DNA from: Phyllosticta citribraziliensis
Taxonomy: Eukaryota
Direction of reading: 5' to 3'
DNA length: 64,000 bases
Assembly (NCBI RefSeq): GCF_038025025.1
Contig: NW_027117339.1
Location: 1,674,001-1,738,000 of the forward strand
Under the pieces are notes generated by a model, which ran no database searches, had not been told where the DNA came from, and saw only the letters and a list, made by a program, of their open reading frames with translations. Positions 1 to 9,774 of this stretch are shown piece by piece. Both the position numbers and the translations under genes were made by a program. Numbering within the stretch: the stretch's first letter is position 1; every line of letters begins with the position of its first letter.

Positions 1-1
1 T

Positions 2-166
2 GGTGATATCCCGGGCATGCCCAGGTCGCCCAGGTCGCCCATCAAGCGCAGGCCGACGCCCCTCTCGCATGTTGAACAATTTGTCCAGTCTGATGAAGCA
101 GGCGAGGGAGAGGAGGGAGAGGAGGGAGATGACGAGCAGTCTGATGAGTCTGGCGACGCCAAGTGA
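2..166 (+). CDS. 3' end of a hypothetical protein entering from the left edge (acidic C-terminus)
   Basis: Frame 2 is open from the window edge and reads GDIPGMPRSPRSPIKRRPTPLSHVEQFVQSDEAGEGEEGEEGDDEQSDESGDAK, with TGA at 164-166. It has in-frame 9-nt repeats. GTGAGT at 163 could alternatively be a splice donor. Confidence 0.4.
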   Translation, partial: GDIPGMPRSPRSPIKRRPTPLSHVEQFVQSDEAGEGEEGEEGDDEQSDESGDAK

Positions 167-741
167 GTCGCACCACTTCTTGGCCATTGGAGAGAGTGAC
201 TTCTGAGGGCCGGCGATTGGATATCGACACCAGCTTGGTGTATCACCTAGGTGAGCTCTTGGTGAAGCAGTTCTTCAGTGTACCTGGTGGTTGGAACTCG
301 AGGAAACACAAGGAAAATAGGAAGGTATTGGGAGAGGTCAAATACCTAGGTAGAAACAAACCGGCGACAGAAAACGTACATCACTCTTGGGCGTGAGGTT
401 GTGGGTAGCTGAAAGCTTTGGTTGCACGCCTCCCTAGGCGTGCGCGTCCGCTGGCCTCTGAAGTGGTGGAGCCCGGCAAAGGACCTCCCTTGACGGACGT
501 CTCTTTGGCAAACTGCGCCTGCAGCAGCGTCCTGCCCGCGACAAACACGTCACGACAATACGCGATTCCGGAGCCTCGCGTTCGAGCCAACGACAATTCG
601 CGCTTCCGCAAACCTCGCGCTCAAACAAGTTGACAACTCGCGCGCGCCGCCGCCGCCGCAAACGACGCGTCCACACGAATCACCAAGCAGACGGTCGAAA
701 CGTCTTGCCCGCGCCCGCGCCCGCGCCTGCGCCTACGCGCC

Positions 742-1305
742 ATGGCTCCTCTCACCCTCGAAGACCTGGAAAGGACCTACGGATTCATGAGCCTTGACCG
801 AAACCTCGAGCAAGCATACCGTCTCTACACCCTTTCAAGCGGCACCCTCAGAAATGGCTTCCCCGCAAGGCGGCTATCCTGTGCGTCTTCCTTGACTTCT
901 TTGATCCAAAGTTCCGGAACATTCAAGTACAACCAGGACCCATGTCTCCCCTCTACTCGCAAGTACGCCGACAAGCTTTTCACCTTCCTCCACACTGAGC
1001 ACATCAAGTGGTCCTGGCACCACCCGGTTATCAAAGCCCGCACTCACGCCATCGAGAATCCGGACCGCACTTGGTCTGAGAAGACCAAGAAAACTGAGAG
1101 TGGCTGGTGGGACGGTCCTTATGAAGGCGGTGGCAGCTATGGCGGCGCCGGCGGCGGCGGCTCTGGCGCCAGCTACACTTCGAGCGGCTTATGGGATGGT
1201 CCAGACCAAGGCAGCGGCGGCTGTGGTGCACGCACTCTACCAGGCAGTTTCTCAAGCTCGAGTTCTGCCGCGGACGGCGACGTCATGAACGTTCAGCGAG
1301 GATGA
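742..1305 (+). CDS. hypothetical protein, Gly/Ser-rich C-terminal half (possibly frameshifted, see findings)
   Basis: 187-aa ATG ORF in good context (gccATGg) with coding-like C-ending codons in the first half. Internal repeat GWWDGPYEGGG / GLWDGPDQGSGG. No recognised domain. Confidence 0.5.
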   Translation: MAPLTLEDLERTYGFMSLDRNLEQAYRLYTLSSGTLRNGFPARRLSCASSLTSLIQSSGTFKYNQDPCLPSTRKYADKLFTFLHTEHIKWSWHHPVIKARTHAIENPDRTWSEKTKKTESGWWDGPYEGGGSYGGAGGGGSGASYTSSGLWDGPDQGSGGCGARTLPGSFSSSSSAADGDVMNVQRG

Positions 1306-4236
1306 CAACCAAGACGTTTTCGCGGGTCACAATGAGGACGAGCACAAGCCAGAATTCAACAACGGGCTGTGAAGATGGATACAACGACGGATACGACGAA
1401 GACGACGGATACGACGGCGATGGTTGCGACAACGGCGACGACTACTTTGATTAACAGCCTTCTTGCACCTCTCCACAAAGACTTCTTCAAAAACCCAGAG
1501 GACAGTGAGCGTGATGGGACGGTGGATGGATAACTTGGGCACCTGACTTGGCGATCGATCGTCAACAGCGACGCGAGTCCTTGTAGAGCTTCTCTTAGGA
1601 CTTCACCGCCACGAGCGAGGGCGCTGGCTTTCTTCTTTTGTTCGGGGGACTGTTACGGAATCGAGCCTGAGCGCCGGCAGCAGAGAGTATCTTAAGCCAT
1701 CAAGGTGGCACAAGCCCTGGACCTCCATTTGGACGTCTGTGGGCGCGACACCTACACAAAACAACCTTCCATGCCGTCATCTTCCGTTTCTATGATAGGT
1801 TTGTGGATGACAGGTCCCGCCGCGGAAAAGTACTGCTCTTTGTGGCTTGCCGGTTCAAAATCTCCCTTCCTTTGCTGGTCTTATCCAGGAGCTTAATGTC
1901 TACTTTGCGGATCACTTCTTTTTCCCCTTTTCAAGTTTCGTTAGCAGGCGGACAGTCGCGCAGACGATGAGGCATGGAACAAGAGCAGATGTTCTAAAAT
2001 TAGTCGTAGGGCAGCAGCAACGTCAAAGATCCGGCAGGCAGAAAACAGTTGCGACAAAGACGACGACGTCAATAAACATCATGATGGTGGTGCAAGACGG
2101 GTAGTGACATTCTTCGACGTCATGACGATTAGGCTGGCTGGTCAAAGAGGGGGGAGATGGAATGTTGTGGTACGGCGAACCGTCGTCCAAAAAAACGTCA
2201 TTTGGGACGTGCAAAATGCAAGTAATAGTGGAGGAGCTCTCGAGGCAAAAAACCGATGTCTCGGGGGAGGGTGCGATGGCTGGATGGTGCTTGACTCGTC
2301 GGGTTTCGTTTGCTAGCCGACGCGACCAGACGCCCACAACGCGGTGTACGGTAGATGCCGCGCACATTTGAGTTGTGCGGGCGGATGGATGGAGGGAAGA
2401 TGGAGTTTTGGGGATGCCATTCAGCCGGTGGCGGCGGTGGTGGTGGTCCAGGGGGAGGGCGAGTCGGGGAAGCAGGAAGACGATATCCTTGGTGATTTGG
2501 GTTGGGACGTGAGGTTGGCGAGGTGGAACTCGGATGCTGGAGTCGTTTAGCAGGTGTTGATCTGCCGCATGGCACAGGAATGTCGAGCGTCGCGTCAAGC
2601 AACAAGCGCAAACAGGCACCCAGCAGCTCGGTTTGGGTGCGCAGATGTCGGATTGATGGTTGTTTGCTTCGCAAAATCCGCAAAGTCGGCGGCGTACTCG
2701 TGTCAAGAGGGTTGAGCGAGTAGTGGGTTGGACGGGGGTTCAGGTCAGCGCAGGGCGCAGCGAGGGCGTTGCCCCGGGGCGAAGCAAGGAACGTGCGAGT
2801 TGTGACGGTTTCGCATGTCGTGGGCCTCGTTCATGCGTGCCTGGGTTGTGTTTTTTGCTCGTTTCTCACGTGGTGGCCCCCGCATCTGGCATGGGTCGTG
2901 GCTGCGCCTGGTTGCGGTGCGGGACGTTGGACAGAATTTTCGTTTTCTTATCTGGGGTTACGAGAGTGGGTGGTGGTTTTTCGTGTGTGACGGTCGAGAA
3001 AGCGGTGGTAGGGCCTAGATGGCAGGAATGGAGTGATGGTAGTAGATGTAGCTTTGGCTGTGGCTGGCACACATGTGAGACAAGGGAACGAGAGCGGTGC
3101 ATGTCTGTCTGTCGAAGAAAGTCCAAGGTCGGCGAGTGTGGCTTGAGAGGTGGGTGGTTGGCTGCGATCATCTTGGGCATAATCTCCGCCGCTCGAGTCG
3201 GCCAATGGGACCGTGTGGCGATACCGCTGGACCGTTACGCGTCGGTCGAGGCACAGTCGATTCAAGCAATTGGACATCCCAAGGCCAGCTGAAGGCTGCG
3301 ACGGCTTCGGTGACGGCTGGGCTTGACAGGTGTGAGGTAGACGGGAGCGTGTGCACTGCTGGCGATCAATAGTGGGTGCCTGTGGCTGCCCGAGGGCCCT
3401 GTTCCTGGTCCAACTCCAAGTCCGGCGCCCTGCCTCCAGTGGTAGAAGCCCACCACCCTACGACTGACGCTCTGCCAGGCCTTTTACCCTCGTTGTCCGC
3501 CGCCTCTTTTTCTCCCGACAACTCTGCGCCTCTCTGCTGCTCTCGAATTCCGATCAGCTTGGCCTCCCCGGACCATCACCGTCTTCGTTGCGCGGCCCAC
3601 ACCTCCTGACGCCCCCTGCTTGCATTTCCATCAAAGCTCAGACTCAATCTCTCACAATCTTCCCCTCTCCTCTCCTCTCGCCTCGCCGCCCTCCACTCTC
3701 TGAAAACCAGAGCTGGTACTGGTCCTCAGCTCTGAACTTCATCCTACATACTACTCACCACCTCCACCGGCTCGCTCTTTCTCGCCGCTCGTTTACCTCC
3801 ACTCCACCCCGACTCTCGACCCGCCGTCTCTTGCTGCCGCGTGTCTTCCCCACAAAGCTCGCACCTCTAGCTGCTACGCTACGCTGAGCTACGCTATCGT
3901 TCAATATCCGGGTCGCGCCTGCTCGTTTGATTGTACAAGCCTTTGGTGCTGCTGACATCGCCGCTTCCTGCTGCTGTTGCCGCTGCTACCACCCCATCGA
4001 CCCCGTTACACCATCCGACCTTGACGTCTGTTGTACCATCAACATCAAAAATCCTGCCGCGCAGCCCCCTGCTACCCATCTGGTTTCCCTGTCACGCGTT
4101 GCGTCAAGGGCGGGTTCTGACAGCCACTCGTACAACCACCACGCTGCTCCAGCCTCCTTGACTGCCTGCAGCCCGGCCGTTAGAAAAAGACGACCTCGAC
4201 TCCCGCTCCGCAACTCCTCACGCAACGTCAACAGCC

Positions 4237-4848
4237 ATGGCCAATACCACCTCCGAAAAGACTACCTTTGGCATCACCATCACCAGGCCCGACACCCCCG
4301 ACAACGAGTCCGTGTCGCAAGATGCATCGCCCATTACCCCCATCATCCAAGAACCTGTACCCATCTTAAAGTCGAAGCCCTCTCACGCTAGCGACCTCTC
4401 CGTCGCCGACCCCGTGGGCTCCCCTCGTTACGACTCCAGCAATCCCTTCAGCGCCTTTTATCAGCACCCCGAAAGCCGCTCCCACCTCGAGGTCAAGCAA
4501 GACGTCGAAAACGGCCTGTTGATCCCCGGCGCCAACGGCGCACCGCTCTCGACTGCCACAACCGCCTCTCAGCCCAAGGCCAGCATTGACGGCCGCGTCA
4601 AGGATTGCACCGTCTGGCCCTCCAAACAGGCTCTACACGAAAAGGCCAAGGCGGCCAAGGCCCAGCGCACCAGCTGCCAGTGGTGGGGACGCATGAGCAA
4701 GAAGCAAAGGCTTTGGGCCAAGATTCTCATCGCCTTGACAATCATCGCTCTTGCCATCGGTTTGAGCGTGGGCATCTCGAGGGCTGTTGGAGGCGGCGTT
4801 TGGGCTGGCACCGGACAGAGCCGTACTATTCCAAACAATGGCTCTTGA
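4237..4848 (+). CDS. fungal hypothetical protein with a single C-terminal transmembrane helix
   Basis: 203-aa intronless ORF, gccATGg context. S/P/T-rich N-terminus, a basic patch (MSKKQRLWAK), a hydrophobic helix ILIALTIIALAIGLSVGIS, and a short tail RAVGGGVW. Confidence 0.8.
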   Translation: MANTTSEKTTFGITITRPDTPDNESVSQDASPITPIIQEPVPILKSKPSHASDLSVADPVGSPRYDSSNPFSAFYQHPESRSHLEVKQDVENGLLIPGANGAPLSTATTASQPKASIDGRVKDCTVWPSKQALHEKAKAAKAQRTSCQWWGRMSKKQRLWAKILIALTIIALAIGLSVGISRAVGGGVWAGTGQSRTIPNNGS

Positions 4849-6361
4849 GGTCGCTTTGCTCACACATCTTCGTCTAGATCCAATTGGTGAAGACGAAGAC
4901 TCGATCGAAGCTTAGCAACCCAACCCGCCTCGCCGCTGCACCCGCATCCCCTTTGGAGTCGACCTCACGTCATGTCGACATCACCATCGGTCAGGGTCAA
5001 AGCGGACATTAATACCATTGTGGATCTTCCACATTGTGGCATCTGCGCAAAGATCGACGCCGCGAGGCACATCATCCAACTCTTCAGGCTCTGAACGCCA
5101 GCGTTCCATGATTCTCGTAATTGCTTTACCCCTTGCTCTCCTTTGTTGGTTGCAAAACAAGGCGTTGGTCATCGCATTCATACCGAGCGCACATGGGCTT
5201 TTCATCTTTGATGCCTTGTCGTGGTCTGGATTCGACACTTTATATACCCCAAGACGGTCCCATCGCAAGAGCAGGCTGAAACGGCTTCTACATATCGTGT
5301 ACAGGGACTTCCTATTCTCCCCACCTAGATGTTCATTCTTGTCACTCTTCTCCTTGTTCGGGCGTCAAAAGGAAACGGGGGGCTGCTGCTGCTGCTTTTT
5401 TTGCGGAAATTGTGGACTTTATATTTCTCCGCTAATGGTCATTCGTGGATTGGAAGGGTTCGTTGGAACGTAACAAGGACCGCTGTCCGCTGGCGTGCCG
5501 GTGCGGTGTTCTTTTCTTTCTGCGTATATACCTTTGTCGAATTCCACCTTTTCCCAGCGCAACAGTCAAGAGCATGGTGCAACTGAGTGGAAGACGTACA
5601 TCGCTATAGGCTTTCCAGACGTTTGCCAAGATTGCCTGGTGCCAACGTCATCACGTTGGACCAAACGGGCCTTCGTGCCATGCGTCAGACACAGAACGGC
5701 TGCGGGAACGTTTGATAGCGAAACGCGGGAAGGCAGGGAATGAGTGTCTCTGGGGCTGGGCGTCAGGGTTGGACCCAGCCTTGTCAACTCCACCCAATCT
5801 TGTCCAAATGTTGCGCCGGCGCGCTCAGGAACAGGACCGGGTTGGTCTTGGTATCACCATTCACGACCATCACCAAGTTTTTGCGCCCAAACCCGACGTA
5901 CCAACGCGCCCAACGGCTGTAGGCAACAGTCTGCTCAAAACGCTCAAAGGATGGTCGACTCGACCTCATCGTCGGCGCCAGAGACTACCTGCGCTTTTCT
6001 CGCCGAGGGCTCTCCAAGCTTTGTATCCTGGCGCTTCTCCTCTTCTCGAAAATTGTCTCTTACTCATTTCACTAACTTTCCCCACATGATTGGTAGACCG
6101 ACCACGAGGGAGGAGAACATTTTTATTCGAAACACGAACCCGAATTTTCAAGGGAGAGCAAGCGTCCCTCCCTTTCTCATACACTCTTTCCAAGATCGTC
6201 TGCGAAGAAGCCTGCGTCAAACACTCTTTTTGCTCGCGAGGGTCCACTTGCAGCAGCAAGCCTGAACATTGCCAGGCTGCCATCGTGCCTTGCAGCCTTA
6301 ATCTTTTACACTCTCTACATTCATCAGTCACTCTCTCAGTCTTTTATCGTCGACCGGCAGG

Positions 6362-7933
6362 ATGCGCTGGCGCACACGTCGTGAGGGGAGGCACTCGGAC
6401 GCTGTGCCCTCCTCTCTCACGACCACAACGCTCCCTCTCCCCTTCCCCCTCCTGAGCGCGCTGCTCTTCGTCCTCAACCTTCCATCGCTCGCCCACGCAG
6501 TAGATGGCACGACCGTCGTCGCGGCGACGTCGACCATGACGCTCATCAACACCGTCACCAACACGGGCGCTCCGCCGCCGCCCATTCCGACGGCAAACGC
6601 CACGGCCACGGCGTCGTTTGGCGGCTTGCTGCCCATCGCCACGGGCATCCCCGACTCGTCGCCCGACTTTGCCTTTGCCGACGACGTCACGTTTGCGGCG
6701 GGCGTGCTCTTTGCTGTCAACCAGCTCCGCGCGAGGCACCACGCGCTGCCGCTGGTGTGGGACACCAAGCTCGCGACGTACGCCGGGTGGTGGGCCAATG
6801 GATGCAATTTCACAAAATCGGTAAGTGTGGAACGAGACGCAGGACCAGTCGGTCAACCATCCACGTTTTTCAAACGTTTGCAAGAGACGGAAGCACGCGC
6901 ACTTGTTTTGGTGTTGGGACAGGGAACTGAGCTGTCGGCGCTCCCCCGACCATCCCAAGCCATCTCCACAAATACCCGCGAAGCTGGCCCCCCTGCCTTC
7001 CCCAGTTTTCACCCCCTCGTCTCTTGCCCCCACCCCCGTCCTGTGGCGTGACCCCTTCCCCACACCATCCCTCCCTCTGCTCTTCGAACGTCGCTTCTCC
7101 CTGGCAGCTGGCCTGGGGTGGAGGTGGAGGAGGAAGTGGATCTGTCCGCTCCGCTCGATCCGCTCTGTCCGGTCCGCAGTGGCTCGCGCCACACTTCCAC
7201 TCACTGCGAAGCCCTGGCTTAATGCGCATCTGGGCTGGGAACGTCCGACTTCATTCTCCATCAACCCGTCTTTTCAAACAGGATCAAGCAAAACCTCACT
7301 GTCAAAGACTAATACCCTCGCCCCCCTCAACAGTTCTCCCCCTACACCGAACTCCTCCTCCAAAACGCGTCGGCGCCCGCCGCCTCGGTAATCGACACGT
7401 GGGCCGACACGTCGTACACGCCGGCCTCGGCACGGCGCGCCGACAACTTCACGGCGCTGATCTGGAAGTCGTCCAGCAGCATCGGCTGCGGCCGGCAGCA
7501 GTGCAGCGACAAGCCGACCGGCTCGCCCTTCTACGACCCGGCCGACCTGGCCACCAAGGCCAAGGACAAGGCCAAGGCCGCCGTCGCCTGGGGCGAGGGC
7601 AAGTCGAAAGACGACGGCGAGGGCGAGGGCGAGCTCGGCGTCATGCACGGCAGCCCGCCGGCCAACGCGGGCAGCGGCGGCGCAAAGGCGGACGGCTGGT
7701 TCATCGTGTGCGAGATTGGGCCGCAGGGCAATGTCGAGGGCCAGTATGAGCAAAACGTGGATGGGTGGGGCGATGGCAGTGGGCGTGGCGAGGGCTGGCG
7801 GCAGGAGGGCGTGCTGGGCAAGTCGAAGGACAGCGGCGCGGGCATGGCGGCGGGAGCGGGTAAGGAGCGCATCGCAGTTTGGGCTGGTTGGGTTTTCACG
7901 GGTTTGGCTGTGGCCATGGGCATGTGGGCGTAG
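6362..7933 (+). CDS. secreted, probably GPI-anchored CAP (SCP/PR-1/Pry-like) protein
   Basis: Exons 6362-6820 and 7334-7933, joined by a phase-0 intron (GTAAGT..GACTAAT..CAG). Signal-like LLSALLFVLNLPSLAHA. CAP motifs NQLRARHHALPLVWDTKLA, NFTALIWKSSSSIGCG and WFIVCEIGPQGNVEGQYEQNV. Hydrophobic C-terminal tail. Confidence 0.85.
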
Positions 7934-8607
7934 CAGCGATGAAAAATGCGTTTCGCTGTCGTTGGGTGAGTTTGCTACACGGTGGCCGTCTGTCGACATG
8001 TTCGCCGCTTGTTGGGCTGGCCGTGGTGAGCTTTGCTTGCCCGGTTGTTTGACTGACACTCGGGCTTCCGTCGTTGCATCTCCTTGCGCGATGACAACAG
8101 TTTGGACTGTTGAAGCGACGCTGCTCTTCTCTTCGTGTAAGCATGTAGCTTGAATTGATTGCGATATTTCTTGATCGAACCTCCGTCGGCACAAGCTTTG
8201 AGCAACAAGGAGCATTCATAAACTCCAGTTTACGGAAGCCACGAATTTTGCTATCAAAGCTCGGCCTCGCGTCATACTCCAAGTAGAACACCCCGATCAC
8301 GGCGCCTGCTGACCTGCGCCGGGCGAGGGGCGACGCTTTTGGAGTCGGCGGAATCGCGTAGATCCAGGATAGCCATCGTCATTTTGGGTCGAAGCTGTCT
8401 CCCTGGATTGTCGATGTGGTGTCCGCTTGATGCTGCTATGGGCTCTCTTGGAGCAGCGTGTCTCCGTCGTGGTCGTCTTGTCCGTCAGAGGTGCCTTTGC
8501 TTGCCGCGCTCGACCTCGATTCAGACCAAGCTCTTTCCGGTCGAGCGAAGGCGCGCAGCCTGTCGAAAGCCATTTGTGCAAATCTTGAACCACTCCAACG
8601 GGTCTCT

Positions 8608-9249
8608 TCAACCCTCCTCCTCTTCTTCCACGGCAAACCCAACCCTCACCCACAAACTGCACCCACAACACCCAACCAACACCTCTCCCGCTCCCGCTCC
8701 ACCCGGTCCCGCCACGCCCTCAAGAGCCCTCTCCAAATCGCCCTCGCGCACGACGAACCCCCTCTCCTCGCCGCACCTGCACCCGCGCCACCACACGCCC
8801 TGCGCCTCGTCCCACGCCAGCTCGTCCAGATCCCACGCCTCGAGCCCCAGCCGGAACTGCTCTTCTGCATGCGTCTCCGGGCCGCCATCCTTGCCCTTGC
8901 CATCGCCGTTGTTCGAGAGCCGCAGCGCGCGGTCGTGCGCCGCGCGCTCCGCCGGCGACGACAGCGTCTTGTACGCCAGCGTGATGTCGTCGACGGAGAA
9001 GGCGGGCGTCGAGCTGCCAGCGGCCTTCGTCATGTTTCTCGCACCATTGCTCCTCGCGTCCGCGTCCACGCCATTGCCGTTCAGGGCGCCGGCGGCTTTG
9101 TCGGGGTGGTGCGTGAGCAGCGCGCGCCGGTACGCGGCTTTGATGTCGGCGGGCGAGGGCGGCCGCGACGCCGTCTGTCGCGGTGAGGGCAGCGATAGGA
9201 TGCGGTAGGCGTTGAAGGAGGCGGGGAGGACGGTGGATGCTGGTGCCAT
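8608..9249 (-). CDS. DPH4: diphthamide biosynthesis protein 4 (J-domain plus CSL zinc finger)
   Basis: The ATG at 9249 (MAPASTV) is the first in-frame ATG after a UTR-like region. J-domain: AYRILSL..DIKAAYRRALLTHHPDK..AYKTLS. C-terminal CRCG...CCGCSLW zinc ribbon. Confidence 0.9.
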   Translation of the reverse strand: MAPASTVLPASFNAYRILSLPSPRQTASRPPSPADIKAAYRRALLTHHPDKAAGALNGNGVDADARSNGARNMTKAAGSSTPAFSVDDITLAYKTLSSPAERAAHDRALRLSNNGDGKGKDGGPETHAEEQFRLGLEAWDLDELAWDEAQGVWWRGCRCGEERGFVVREGDLERALEGVAGPGGAGAGEVLVGCCGCSLWVRVGFAVEEEEEG

Positions 9250-9774
9250 GGTTGGAGAGCTTTGGCTTTTCTCTTCCGTTCTTCTCTGCGTAGTGGACGA
9301 CGCGCAAAGGGCGTGGGATAGAAAATGTCGTGCGGGATGGGAATGTCGCAGCCGTCCGATATTACCGACTGCAGCTGCTGATCTGGCTTCTGTGTCCTTG
9401 CGTGGTGGGAGGAACAATATGGTAGCACGTCGAGAGTGAAGCTCGAGAGCAGAGGTACCTCAGGACGCGAAATATTGCTAGCCCGCGTCGGAAATGTTCC
9501 GCTGTAGACCAACGTCATATGCGAGCGGCAACACGGTGGTTTCAAAGAAATGACACCTCCTCGCACTGCGGTTGCATCTACGGAGCATTCGTTCACAGTC
9601 TGTCTAGCAAACTGTCCTCCGTTACTAAAACCGTGCTCAGCAAGCTGTTCGTCACCACCGCCAAATCCAAGGAATGTGTTTTCTTTCGACACCAGCAACA
9701 CCACGAACAATACGGATGCAATTCAATACAATCTTTCACATGGCTATGAATGGTATACTGCCCGACGCTCGCGA

